From Heterodontus francisci (Eukaryota), in contig NC_090418.1 of assembly GCF_036365525.1 (NCBI RefSeq), positions 11,479,226 through 11,543,225 on the forward strand: 64,000 bases of DNA. The letters run 5' to 3'. Numbering within the stretch: the first letter of the stretch is position 1; every line of letters starts with the position of its first letter. The position numbers and the translations under genes are program-made. Below, piece by piece: positions 37,402-50,285 of the stretch. A model generated the notes under the pieces. It worked only from the letters and a program-made list of their open reading frames with translations. It had not been told where the DNA came from and did not search any database.

Positions 37402-38515
37402 GTGTCACACGGGATCAGAGGTGAGCTGGCAAGATGGATACAGAACTGGCTCGGTCATAGAAGACAGAGGGTAGCAGTGGATGGGTGCTTTTCTGAATGG
37501 AGGGCAGTGACCAGTGGTGTTCCACAGGGATCAGTGCTGGGACCTTTGCTGTTTGTAGTTTTTATAATGATTTGGAGGAAAATGTAGCCGGTCTGATTAC
37601 TAAGTTTGCGGACGACACAAAGGTTAGTGGAGTTGCGGATAGTGATGAGGATTGTCAGAGGATGCAGCAGGATATAGATCGGTTGGCGTCTTGGGCAGAG
37701 AAATGGCAGATGGAATTTAATCCGGACAAATGTGAGGTAATGCATTTTGGAAGATCTAACAGATGGGATGTATACAGTAAATGGCAGAACCCTTAGGAAT
37801 ATTGACAAGCAGAGAGATCTGGGCATACAGGTCCACAGGTCGCTGAAAGTGGCAACGCAGATAGATAAGGTAGTCAAGAAGGCATACGGCATGCTTGCCT
37901 TCATCGGTCGGGGCTTAGAGTATAAAAATTGGCAAGTCATGTTGCAGCTGTACAGAACCTTAGTTAGGCCACACTTTGAATATTGCGTACAATTCTGGTC
38001 GCCACACTGGCAGAAGGATGTGGAGGCTTTGGAGAGGGTACAGAAGAGGTTTACCAGGATGTTGCCTGGTCTGGAGGGCATTAGCTGGGAGGAGAGGTTG
38101 GATAAACCCGGATTGTTTTCACTGGAATGACAGAGGTGGAGGGGCGACATGATAGAGGTTTACAAAGTTATGAGCAGCATGGACAGAGTGGATAGTCAGA
38201 ATATTTTTCCCCCATGGTGGAAGAGTCAGTTACTAGGGGACATAGGTTTAAGGTGCGAGGGGCAAAGTTTAGAGGGGATGTGCAAGGCAAGTTCTTTACA
38301 CAGAGGGTGGTGAGTGCCTGGAACTTGCTGCCGGGGGAGGTGGTGGAAGCAGGTGCCATAGAGAGACGTTTAAAAGGCATCTTGACAAATCCATGAATAG
38401 GATGGGAATAGAGGGATACGGTCCCTGGAAGTGCAGAGGATTTTAGTTTGGACAGCCATCAAGATTGGCGTAGATTTGGAGGGCCGAATGGCCTGTTTCT
38501 GTGCTGTACTGTTCA
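37402..38515 (+). mobile_element. CR1 LINE fragment, unit 4 paralogue
   Basis: Same junctions and RT motifs as unit 1. Confidence 0.92.
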
Positions 38516-39739
38516 ATTTAAGTTCAGGTTTTTTTGTTCTCAATTCCATACTACAGGAAATCATTTCCCCTTACCTACTCTACCAAATTTTTCTCATGTT
38601 AAGCACCTTGCTCAGATTACCCCTCAAATTTTTTTAATTGAGGATTTTCAATTTTACTTCTAACCCCAGTATAGTCAATCCATATCATAACCTCATCAGA
38701 GTAAATGTATCCAGGAGGTTTGTTACCCAAAACTCCGAGATGTGCACAACCAATATTCTTCAAAACTGAAGCATCACATCCCTCTCAGTGAGGAGCTAAC
38801 ATTCCACTATCTTGGATTGTTCTGACTCAAATCTTTGTTCTTTTACTAGATATTATTTTCCTTGCCTGGATCCAAAGTTTGTCACTTCCTGCATTGAATA
38901 TCTGCTATAGTTTTGCCCACTCCCTCAATGTCCCTTTGCAACTTCCTTCTTCCATCTGAAAAAGTGATGTCACCTGCAAACTTGGGCAAAGGAGGAGTTG
39001 TCTATCCAATTCAGATAAGCTCAGGCACCTGATCAGATTCTGGAGAACTGGATTATGCCAGTCAGATGATGTACTCACCGCCCACCCAACTCTTGTTGGT
39101 TGACTATGCCCTTCCAGGAAGCAGTCATTCAGACCAAACTTACTGGTGACCTCCATTGAGTTTAGTCCCATATGCTTAAGCCAAGCTTGCTTCCAGATCC
39201 CCTGCTAGAACAGATATTTGCGATTCCCACAATAGACAGGCCTTAGTTAACTGGCTGGTTACAGGATTAATCTATCAATTTAACGGCTCAAAAATGTGCA
39301 CAAATAAAACCAAAAATCAGCTGCACCTTGGTACCCACTGGCTGCAGTAAACCTCAATTAGAATGTGCCCTCTCTAGGGGCTGAGCATTGCCATGGGACA
39401 GAAGGAAGCAGCCAGAGTAAATCCCAACTGGCCAAAATCGAGGAGCAGTTCCATGAGGAGGTTCAGACCTGTTCTGAACAGGGTGGAGAATAAAAAAGGA
39501 GCCTGTGACTGAAATGCAGTTAGCAATTGAGGAGCAACCAGTTCAAAATAGAGAAGGGGCACCATTTCTTGTTCTACCTACTTAACTAAACCAGCCTCTG
39601 TCAGTAGTGGTTCAGGAGGTCTAGTTCTGCACTTATGGAAGTTCACCCTAGTTGTTAGATAGGGGGAGGGGGGGGGAACCGATTCAACTAACATGCTCCA
39701 GTGGTCAATGAACTACCACACAAGATACAAGTAATCACT

Positions 39740-39745
39740 TTTATT
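39740..39745 (-). terminator. Polyadenylation signal AATAAA, zp3 copy 4
   Basis: Same context as copy 1. Confidence 0.8.
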
Positions 39746-39773
39746 GATCATTTGATAACTAGTTGATCAGAGT

Positions 39774-42625
39774 TTACTTGTGTTTCCTGTACAGGAACAA
39801 GGCGATCAATGAAGCAGAGATCAGACAGACAGCTGTCACAGTCAGGGCCACAATCAGGACCACCTCAGACTCCACACCTACAAAGCAATGAGAAACCAAT
39901 GGTTAGTGAAGGAAACACTGAGGGGAAAATGGAAACTAGCAGTCAGCCAACTCACCACCTGGAGATCTCTCCTGCAGCCTTCGCTCAACCTCATTCAGGG
40001 ACTCCATTGCCAAGTCAGTCACCTCAGTATCCAGAATGACCAGGGGTCCAAGTGAGGCCTCACCCTCCCACTTCAATCCAGCTTCACTCTCTGCAATATC
40101 AAACATGCCAGTTAGAGGGGGTAAAGGGAGATCTCCCACATCTAGAGGATCAATGTCCTACCAGCTTCAGGTACAAGATCCCTCCTTCCTCTGGAAGAAA
40201 ACCACAACTCCCTTGTGGCACCACAGTTACCCACATGGCAACAGGCACAAATGTCATTGTTGGATTGCTCCAATGGGGTCCAGCTAAACAAGAGAAACAG
40301 TTGATCAACCAGGTTGTCCATCACATTCCCATACAACACACCCCTGAAGGAGGGAAAGGGAACTTACACATTCTGCATCTTCTGGAAAGTACAAGCTTTG
40401 TTCATGGAATCTCTCCAATCCACTGGAGCAACTTTCAGGTGACAAGTAATGAAAATCTGTGGGATAAAATTCAACACAAATTATTTAGTGACTCCCTCCA
40501 AACATGGAGGGCCCAATGATCAGCTTCCTCTTACCAAGGAACGGTCATCTCCAAAGAAGCGGAAAGCATCCAGGTCAAACCGGAGCTTGTCCAGCTCACG
40601 CTCGTCTCTTGGCAACACGAAGGTTGAAAAGGAGTCCTCAGCTTTGCTGTCCAGGAGGCAACTGGAGAAAGATTCAAAAAGGGACATGAAGGGAATCAAG
40701 TGAAGCCATTGAGATAGGAGCAGCTGGAGAAAGCAGAGAGCTCCTTACCCATTGTAGTCAATGATGCTGTATCTCGGGGTGGAATCCTTGTCTGGGCTCA
40801 ATGTAGCTACACAGCGGTCAATGTAGAGCTTCAGGGGCATGTGGTTGGTCATTGAAACAGAGGCCTCAATGTGAATGAGGTCACCCAGGTAGTAGACAGT
40901 CGAGGTGCGCTCTGTAAGCCAGTCATCTGAAGTACAAGAGGACAAGGGTTGGAGACAGTGGGGACAACTCCCAGTGGGTGAGTACAGGAAATCACTTCCC
41001 ATCCACCCATCACATACCATTCATTAGGCGCAGTGAGAATGACAGATGCCCTTCTCCAGACTTGGTGGAGCTGAATGGGATCCAGGTGGGCTTGATGGGG
41101 TTACTGCTCACATTCCCCTTCCTGGAAGGAAGAGACATTTTAGGACAACTTGCATTACACTGAAAAATTCATATTAAATTCACTCAACTGTTACCTAAAA
41201 TAATGACACTCAATGGGAATGACAGCTCCATTTGTTCTCACAATGACAGATCCATGATACTGGGGGGTGTGGTTCAGGTGGGTAGTGTAGACCAGGAAAT
41301 CTCCAGCCATCTGAAAGACATCAGGTAAAGGATAGAGGAGTTAGTCTGAATTGGAAGATATTCTGCTCAGTTCAGAATGAAAGACAATCTTACTGAAATA
41401 ATTCCTACAAGGTAGATGCGGAGAGGCCGTTACTCCTGGCTGGAGAGTCTAAACCTAGCAGTCAGCCATTTCGGATGGAGGGCAGAAAGTTCTCCACTCA
41501 GGGGAGTGAGGATCTTCTGACTTCTCTAACCCAGTTGTTGACTACATTCAGGACAGAATATTCCTTTTGTGCCCAAAACCCAAAGAGACAGAGTGGGTGG
41601 GAAAGCAGTTGATGATCATCCGTGGTATTATTCAACAGCCAAGTAGGCTCCAGAGACCAAATCCACTTCTGCTGATGTTTATGTATTTGGAAATCATGTC
41701 ACCTCAGTTAATGTAACGAGAGCACCAATAGAAACAAGTGATTCAATGAAATTACAGCTTCATTTTAACCATTAAAAAAAGTGAACCATAAACTGCTAGC
41801 ATTTGGCATAAACAGATTGGTTTTAATTTCACACCCTGTGAATTAAGAGGTGGAGTTTTCTTGTAGCAAACTGTAAATCAATTTATACTCCTTTCTCTCC
41901 CCCACAAATCTAAACTAGATAAAAATGAACATTTAATCTTCAGTCAAGCTAGACAATCTGAATGAGTGGCAAGAAAGCTGAAAATCCACAAGACAAGGAT
42001 GTATAAAGAATTTGAAGAAACTATGAGAAGTTTCAAGTCCAATGGGGTTGAGATCACAAGGTTGGAGAGACTGGACAAGGAGATAATGCAAAGTACAATT
42101 CACTATTGAAAAGTAGTTTGAGGTTTTATAAACTGGAGACAGATATCTCAAATATCAATGACATTAGAGAAACTGTTGCAAAGAGTAGGGAACAATTTAC
42201 ACCTGAAACTTGGAGCAAGAGTCAAGGACTCACATTACCTGCAATCGACTGCCACACTCATGGAGCCCATAGTCAAAGAGGACAGTGTGGTTCTGAGAGT
42301 AGATCCTGGTCGGCCAACAACCTGCTGTCCCCAGGGTCAGGTCAGCAGCTTTAATCAGGTGCCTGGTTCCAAATAAATCCATCTGGACCCTGACCAGCAG
42401 GTTCTGCTCTCCACACTGCACCATCACAGTCTGCAGTGGAGACACACTTCGACCCTCAGACACACGGAAATGGGAACCAAAGGGAGGCCCAGTTGGAGGG
42501 ACATGAGTGGCCTTCACAATGCTCCATGGGAAATTCCAGTTTCTAAACTGCCGAGTATCAGAACCACAAACAGCTCCAACCAAAACCAACAAAGAAAGCA
42601 ACCACTTCACTAATTGCCCCATCAT
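39774..42625 (-). CDS. zp3: ZP3/ZPC-like, copy 4, 9 coding exons, 453 aa (tail shortened by 5 aa)
   Basis: Exons: 42625-42239, 41310-41195, 41121-41018, 40926-40749, 40661-40535, 40456-40368, 40283-40162, 40090-39956, 39877-39774. CAA>TAA at 39774-39776 ends the protein at YRKHK*; the ancestral TAG is still present at 39759-39761. Confidence 0.93.
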
Positions 42626-42661
42626 ACCAACAACTACACTGTGATCTAGGATAGAACCCAC

Positions 42662-42802
42662 TGCTCTCCTTTTATACACACAGTCTGCAGTCAGCTGAAA
42701 CAAACTGGACCAGGTGTGATTAAACTAAACCAATAAACTAGCCTCATGACATCAATTCCATCACACAATCTTCCTGATTGGAAAGCAAAATACTGCAGGT
42801 GC
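42662..42802 (-). promoter_or_regulatory. zp3 copy 4 proximal promoter
   Basis: TATAAAA at 42670-42676; same E-box/CCAAT layout as copy 1. Confidence 0.68.
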
Positions 42803-44225
42803 TGGATATCAAAACAGAAAATGCTGGAAATACTCAGCAGGTCTGGCAGTATCTGTGGAGAGAGAAACAGAGTTAATGTTTCAGGTCTGTGACCATTTAT
42901 CAGAACTGGGAAAAGTTAGAAATCTAATAGGTTCAGAACAGACTCTATCTTTGACTCGGTCTCAGAGTTGTCCTGTTTTGCAGTTTTATTTTATCTTCTG
43001 TCTCATCTGGCACTTTTACAAAAACCTTTTTTTCTTTCTTTTCAGGTGTGGAGGATTGCAAATGTCAACTCATAAGTACCAACCCCCTTTCTGGATCCTT
43101 CTTCCCTTTCACTTCCCTCTGATCCCCATCCTTTCCTCCGATCTCAACCCTTGCTGTCTATTCACGATGCACTCTGACCTTTACCCTCTCTGACCCTGAA
43201 CAGTCTCTCCTTAGCAAAGGTCTCCGCTTCATCCCCCTTACATTCCCACCTCAATGAATTCTGATCTCGGCATGACACTAAGCTCTTCTTCTATCACTTT
43301 CACCTCCGTGCTTAGTCCTCTGGCCAGGAATCTTGCCCCCACCCCACACATTGAACCCTTTTACACATCTCCAGTATTGTCCATCCACCTGGAACCCTCC
43401 CTCTGGCCTCTTACCTGCTCTTGATCTTTTCATTGAGAACTGTCCGTGTGACATTGCCCGGCTCAATTTCTCCTCTCCCCTCGCTCACTCTAACCTGTCT
43501 TCCTCTGAACTTGCTACACTCTGTGACTACATGACTCTATGATCCTGTTCTCTCAGGTCTAACCCCAACGTTGTGGTCAAACCTGCTGACAAGGGTCATG
43601 TTGGTGTCTGGCGTACCAACCTCTTCCTTGCAGAGGCTGAGCACAAACTCTCAGACACTTCCTCCAACCTCCTCCTGGACCATGACCCCACCACCGAACA
43701 TCAAGCTATTGTCTCCAGGTCTGTCATCTCCTCCAGAGATCTTCCCTCTACAGCTTCCAAACTCACAGTCCCGCAACCCCGGACAGCCCGCTTCTACCTC
43801 CTTCCCAAAATCCATACAAAAATATTGCCCTGGTAGACCCATCATTTCAGCCTGTTCCTGCCCTACTGAAGTTTTTCCTTCCTATCTTGACTCTATCTTT
43901 TCTCCCATGGTCCACTCTTTTCCCACCTACATCCATGATTCTTTGGATGGCCTACATCATTTCGACAATTTCCAGTTTCCTGGCCCTGACTGCTTCCTCT
44001 TCACTATGGACGTCCAATCTCTCTGCACCTCCATCCCCCACCAGGACGGTCTGAGGGCTCGCTGCTTCTTCCTTGAACAGAGGCCCAACCAGACCCCATT
44101 CACAACCTCCACCCTCCTCCGCCTGGCTGAACATGTTCTCACATTGAACGACTCCTCCTTCAACTCCACTCACTTCCTCCAAATAAAAGGTGTTGCTCTG
44201 GGTCCTAGTTTTGCCAGACTTTTTT
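42787..44225 (+). mobile_element. Penelope-like retroelement (degenerate RT), unit 4
   Basis: ORFs 43571-44245 and 43573-43836 carry ARFYLLPKIH, PGRPIISAC and FTMDVQSL. Confidence 0.85.
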
Positions 44226-45294
44226 ATTTTGAGATACAGCACTGAAACAGGCCCTTCGGCCCACAGAGTCTGTGCTGGCCAACAACCACCCATTTATACT
44301 AATCCTACATTAATCCCATATTCCCTACCACATCCCCACCTTCCCTCAATTCCCTTTGGGAATTGCTGGAGCTGGAGCTGTGAGGCTGCGGTGCTAACCA
44401 ATGCGCCACTGTGCCACCCATTGGATATTATGCTGGTGGCCTCCCACAGGGCTGGGTGTTGCCCTGTCAAGGGCAAAATGCCGGCAGTCTTGTAAAGTGG
44501 CCTTTAATAATGGCGGGCAGCCAATCGTTTTGCAGTCCGTCGCTGGGAGAGTGCCCCAGTGGCGGGGCTGTGTTGTGGAGCTGCCCCGGTGCATCTCTCC
44601 GCTATTTTACTGGCCCCTCCCCCCGCCACCCGGCCCCGCCTCCTGGGGGACAGTAAAATTCTGCCCATTGCGAGGAAAGAAAACTGCACGTCTTCTTAAA
44701 GAACCTACATTCTATTCAACTGGAAGTAACACAGAAATAGGAGGAGGCCATTTGGCCCCTCGAGCCTGTTCTGCCATTCGATGAGATCATGTCTGATCTG
44801 TGAACTAACCCCATATACCCACCGTTCCCCCACATCCCTAAAAATCTATCAATCTCAGAGTTACAATTAACAATTGATTCAGCGTCGATTGTCTTTTGTG
44901 GAAGAGAGTTCCAAACTTCTCCCACCCTTTGTGTGTCGAAGTGTTTCCTAATTTCACTCCTGAAAGGTCTGGCTCTAATTATTAAACTATGCTCCCTAAA
45001 TTTAATCACACTTTACAACTTCAAAGAAATGCAGCCTTATATTTTATTCATTGCTATGATAAACAACAACATTGCATTTATATAGCGCCTTTAATGTAGT
45101 AAAACATCCCAAGGTGCTTTGCAGGAGCATTACCGAACAAAATCTGACGCCAAGCCACATAAGGAGATATTAGGGACAGTCGACCAAAAGCTCGGGTCAA
45201 AGAGGTCGGTTTTAAGGAGCGTCTTAAAGGAGGAGAGACAGAGAGGCGGAGAGGGTTTAGGGAAGGAATTCTTAGAAACTTAGAAAATAATAAT

Positions 45295-46454
45295 CGGATT
45301 GGGCAGATTTATGAAAGGAAAATCATGTTTGAAAAAGCTGTTGGAGTTTTTTGAGGATGTAACTGACAGAATAGATAAAGGGGAACCAGTGGATTTGGTA
45401 TGTTTAGATTTTCAGAAGGCTTTCGAAAAGGTCCCACACAGGAGATTAGTAAGCAAAATTAGAACACATGGGATTGGGGGTAATATACTGGCATGGATTG
45501 AGAATTGGTTAACGTACAGAAAACAGAGAGTAGGAATAAATGGGTCATTCTCAGGTTGGCAGGCTGTGACTAGTCGGGTACCACAAGGATCAGTACTTGG
45601 GCCCCAGCTATTCACAATCTCTATCAATGATTTGGAAGTGGGGACCAAATGTAACCTTTCCAAGTTTGCTGCTGACACAGAACTAGGTGGGACTGTGAGT
45701 TGTGAGGAGGATGCAAAGAGGCTTCAGGGGGATTTAGACAGACTAAGTGAGTGGGCAAGAACAAGGCAGATGGAATATAATGTGGAAAAATGTGAAGTTA
45801 TCCATTTTGGTAGGCAAAACAGAAATGCAGAGTATTTCTTAAATAGTGAGAGTTTGGGAAGTGTTGATGTACAAGGGGACCTGGGTGTCCTTGTTCACAA
45901 GTCACTGAAAGCTAACATGCAGGTACAGTAAGCAATTAGGAAGGCAAATGGGATGTTGGCCTTTATTGCAAGAGGATTTGAGTCCAGGAGTAAAGAGGTC
46001 TTGCTGCAATTGTATCGAGCCTTGGTGAGACCGCACCTGGACTATTGTGTACAGTTTTGGTCTCCTTGCCTAAGGAAGGATATACTTGCCATAGAGGGAG
46101 TGCAACGGAGGTTCACCAGACTGATCCCTGGGATGGTGGGATTGTCCAATGAGGAGAGATTGTGGAGACTGGGCCTGTATTCTCTAGCATTTCGAAGAAC
46201 GAAAGGTGATCTCATTGAAAGTTCCAAAATTCTGACAGGGCTCGACAAGGTTGATATCGGAAGGATGTTTCCCCTGGCTGGGGGATCCTAGAACCAGGGG
46301 ACACAGTCTCAGAATAAGGACCAGGCCATTTAGGACTGAGATGAGGAGGAATTTCTTCACTCAGAGGCTGGTGAATCTGTGGAATTCTCTACCCCAGAGA
46401 GCTGTGGAAGCTCAATCATTGAGTATATTCAAGACTGAGATTGATCGATTTCTC
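45295..46454 (+). mobile_element. Disrupted CR1 LINE, unit 4 paralogue of 20895-22400 (no RTE insert; 3' end deleted)
   Basis: Near-identical peptides, same stop after MQVQ, FADD>FAAD. Confidence 0.92.
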
Positions 46455-46471
46455 GTGCCACCAACAAGAGA

Positions 46472-47448
46472 TATACGTTAATGATTTAGATGAGGGAACT
46501 AAATGGAATATCTCCAAATTTGCAGATGACACAAAACTGGGTGGGAGGGTGAGTTGTGAGGAGGATGCAGAGAGGCTTCAGGGTGATTTGGACAAGTTGA
46601 GTGAGTGGGTTAATGCATGGCAGATGCAGTATAATGTGGATAAATGTGAGGTTATCCACTTTGGTAGCAAAAACAGGAAGGCTGATTATTATCTGAACGG
46701 CTATAAACTGAGAGAGGGGAATATGCAGCGAGACCTGGGTGTTCTCGTACACCAGTCGCTGAAGGTAAGCATGCAGGTGCAACAGGCGGTAAAAAAGGCA
46801 AATGGAATGTTGGCCTTCATAGCGAGAGGATTCGAGTACAGGAGAAGGGATGTCTTGCTGCAATTATACAGGGCCTTGGTGAGGCCACACCTGGAATATT
46901 GTGTGCAGTTTTGGTCTCCTTATCTGAGGAAGGGTGTTCTTACTCTCGACGGAGTGCAGCAAAGGTTTACCAGACTGATTCCTGGGATGGCGGGATTGAC
47001 GTATGAGGAGAGATCGAGTCGGTTCGGATTATATTCGCTGGAGTTCAGAAGAGTGAGGGGGGATCTCATAGAAACCTAAAATTCTCACAGAACTTGACAG
47101 GGTAGATGCAGGAAGGATGTTCCTGATGGTGGGGGAATCCAGAACCAGGGGTCATAGTCTAAGGATACAGGGTGAACCTTTCAGGACTGAGATGAGGAGA
47201 AATTTCTTCACCCTGAGAGTGGTGAGCCTGTGGAATTTGCTACCACAGAAAGCAGTTGAGGCCAAAACATTGTATGTTTTCAAGAAGGAGTTAGATCTCG
47301 TTCTAGGGTTTAAAGGGATCAAAGGATATGGGGGGGAAAGCGGGAACAGGTTACCTAGTTGGATGATCAGCCATGATCATAATGAATGGCGGAGCAGGCT
47401 CGAAGGGCCGAATGGCTTACTCCTGCTCCTATTTTCTATGTTTCTATG
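46472..47448 (+). mobile_element. 5'-truncated CR1 LINE specific to unit 4
   Basis: ISKFADDTK...RPHLEYCVQFWSP; tail ctattttctatgtttctatg; 3-bp AGA duplication at 46469-46471 and 47449-47451. Confidence 0.92.
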
Positions 47449-50285
47449 AGACACAACTGCCTCTCAAACAGAGGTGGCAACCATCAATATATTTAAAAAT
47501 CAATTCTGATTTAAACTAAAATAAGCTCCGTCTCCAGAGCCACACAAGCCCGGTCAAGACCATGGGAGGCTGTGAGCCAATACAACCCTTCACCCCGGAT
47601 GACCCCGCTGGGCCGCACCCATCCTGTGGGCCACCATCTTCGCTAGGCCCTGGGTCAGAGGTCAAGTTTAAGCAGAATTTTCCTTCCCTCTGAAGAATTG
47701 GATTATCGTTGGAGAATCTGGTGGCAACTGAACCTTCACCTCCCCCTCGCTTCCTCCTCTGCACCCCCATCCTTGACCCCTGACCCCCGACACCTGCCCC
47801 CTGAGCTTGCTAACCTTGGCCCTGGCAGTTATCAAGGTGCCTTCGTGCCTCTCAGTTATCGAAAGGAATGACCCTGCTGTAATTCCTGGCCTCGGTGAAT
47901 GAATAGTTTACAGAGAGCAGTCGCGTGTTGTTCATCAGCCTGTCAGGAAGATGTGGAGGGGGCCGATTCCGGTTTATCGGGGGATTTCCCTCCCTGTCCA
48001 CACCCCCCCCCCCCCCCCGCCACCCCCAGAAACTTGTGCTTCGGGTAATGGCAGGTGGCGATGTATGTGCGGGCCCCATTGGAGGTGGAGACCCAGCAGC
48101 CATGATGCGCACAGCAAGATCCCACAAAAAAAAAACAGTGAGGTAAACCATCAGTTTGATGGGGACGGGGTGAGAAAGCAGGGTTGAGGTAGAAGATTAC
48201 TAATCAGAGGAGCTGGCCCCAGGGGCTGCGTGGCCTGTTCCAATTTCTTAAGAGTATTTGTTTGAAGAGTCGTTGACTGAAAGGTAAGTATCGACTCAGG
48301 TCACCGGACCGAACTCCGCTGGTTTCCTTCGAAATAGTGGCCTTGGGATCTTCTCCGTGCACCCGAGAGGGCAGAGGGACCCCTCTGTTTCATGTCCCGC
48401 GATGAGCTCCCAATCCCATATCTCGCCACTAGACTTGACTATTCCAACACACTGCTTTCCAGCCTCAGACATTCTACCGTCTGTAAACTTCCGTTCATCC
48501 AAAACTCTGTTGCCCGTTTCCGAACCGGTACCAAATCCCATTCACCCAACACCCCCCTGTGCTCACTGACCAACACTGGCTTTCGGTCAAGCAACACCTC
48601 CGTTTTAAATCTCTTATCCTTGTTCCCAAATCCCTCCCTATCCCTGTAATCTCTTCCAAACCGACATCCCTCCGAGATCTCTGCTGCTCCTCTAATTCCG
48701 GCCTCTTGAGTATCCCCGATTCCCATCGCTCCACCATTGGCGGCCGTGCCTTCAGCTGCCTGGGGCCCTAAGCTCTGGAATTCCCTCCCTGAAACTCTCA
48801 CTCTTTAAAATGCTCCTTAAAACCCACATCTTTGACCACCTGTCCCTAATATCTCCTTATTGTGCTTTATAACACTCTCGTGAAGCACCGAGGGATGTTC
48901 TGGTGCTATATAAACACATGTTGTTGTTGCATCTGATAATTCCACACCTCCGACAGCATCGCACTCCCGCAGTACTGCGCAGGAAGTGTTGGCTCAAGAT
49001 TTTCAGGTGGGGTTTGAACTCACAACCTTCTGTCTCACAGGCGAGAGCACTGTCACATATATAAACGGGAGCTCAGCTTTCTGGTTTGTGCTATACTAGA
49101 AAGGCTGTTTTGCTCACTGTCAAAGGACAGGGTGCTGTTGTTCATTTCCCTTCAACGCCAGTAGAGGGAGATCGAGCACCAATGTTTTTTATTCATTCAT
49201 GGGATTTGGGCATCGCTGGCCAGGCCGGGATTTGTTGCCCATCCCTAACTGCCCTTGAGAAGGTGGTGGTGAGCTGCCTTCTTGAACCACTGCAGTCCAT
49301 GTGGGGTAGGTCCACCCACAGTGCTGTTAGGGAGGGAGTTCCAGGATTTTGACCCAGCGACAGTGAAGGAACGGTGATATAGTTCCAAGTCAGGATGGTG
49401 TGTGACTTGGAGGGGAACTTGCAGGTGGTGGTGTTCCCATGCGTCTGCTGCCCTTGTCCTTGTAGTTGGTAGAGGTCGCAGGTTTTTAAGGTGTTGTCTA
49501 AGGAGCCTTGGTGAGTTGCTGCAGTGCATCTTGTAGATGGTACACACTGCTGCCACTGTGTGTCGGTGATGGAGGGAGTGAATGTGTGTGGATGGGATGC
49601 CAATCAAGCGGGCTGTTTTGTCCTGGATGGTGTCAAGCTTCTTGAGTGTTGTTGGAGCTGCACCCATCCAGGCAAGTGGAGAGTATTCCATCACACTCCT
49701 GACTTGTGCCTCGTAGATGGTGGACAGGCTTTGGAGAGTCAGGAGGTGAGTTAGGAGGTGAGTTAGGAGGTGAGTCAGGAGGTGAGTTACTCACCGCAGG
49801 ATTCTCAGCCTCTGACCTGCTCTTGTAGCCATGGTGTTTATACAGATGATCCAGTTAAGTTTCTGGTCAATGATGACCCCCAGGATGTTGATAGTGGGGG
49901 AATTCAGCGATGATAATGTCACTGAACATCTAGGGGAGATGGTTAGATTCTCTCTCGTTGGAGATGGTCATTGCCTGGTGCGAATGTTACTTGCCACTTA
50001 TCAGCTCAAGCCTGGATGTTGTCCGGGTCCCGGTCTTGCTGTATCTAACTCAATCTGAAACCGTATGCACATTAGCGAGTCTCTCAGTCCCTTTTCATTC
50101 AGTAGAAATACTGTGCTGGAAAACTGAACTTCCTCAGAATGAGTGAAGGGTCAAAACAAGAAAGAGGCGAACTGTGAGGGGCAGTTCCAGCTCTTCTGGG
50201 CCGATCGTCCTTTCCCCCTCGAGTGTCAAGCATGGCTCATCGGGTAGTACTCTCACCACTGAGACAGAACATCATGGGTTCGAGG

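Larger units (their letters stand above)
1..50285. repeat. Tandem segmental-duplication array of four zp3-containing units (unit starts ~1, 10606, 26224, 36832)
   Basis: The sequence at position 1 (cctcttcctcccc...) recurs at 10606, 26224 and 36832. The order of CR1, zp3, Penelope, L2, SINE and LINE pieces is the same in each unit, and the ORF track repeats near-identical peptides. The window begins inside the array. Confidence 0.97.
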
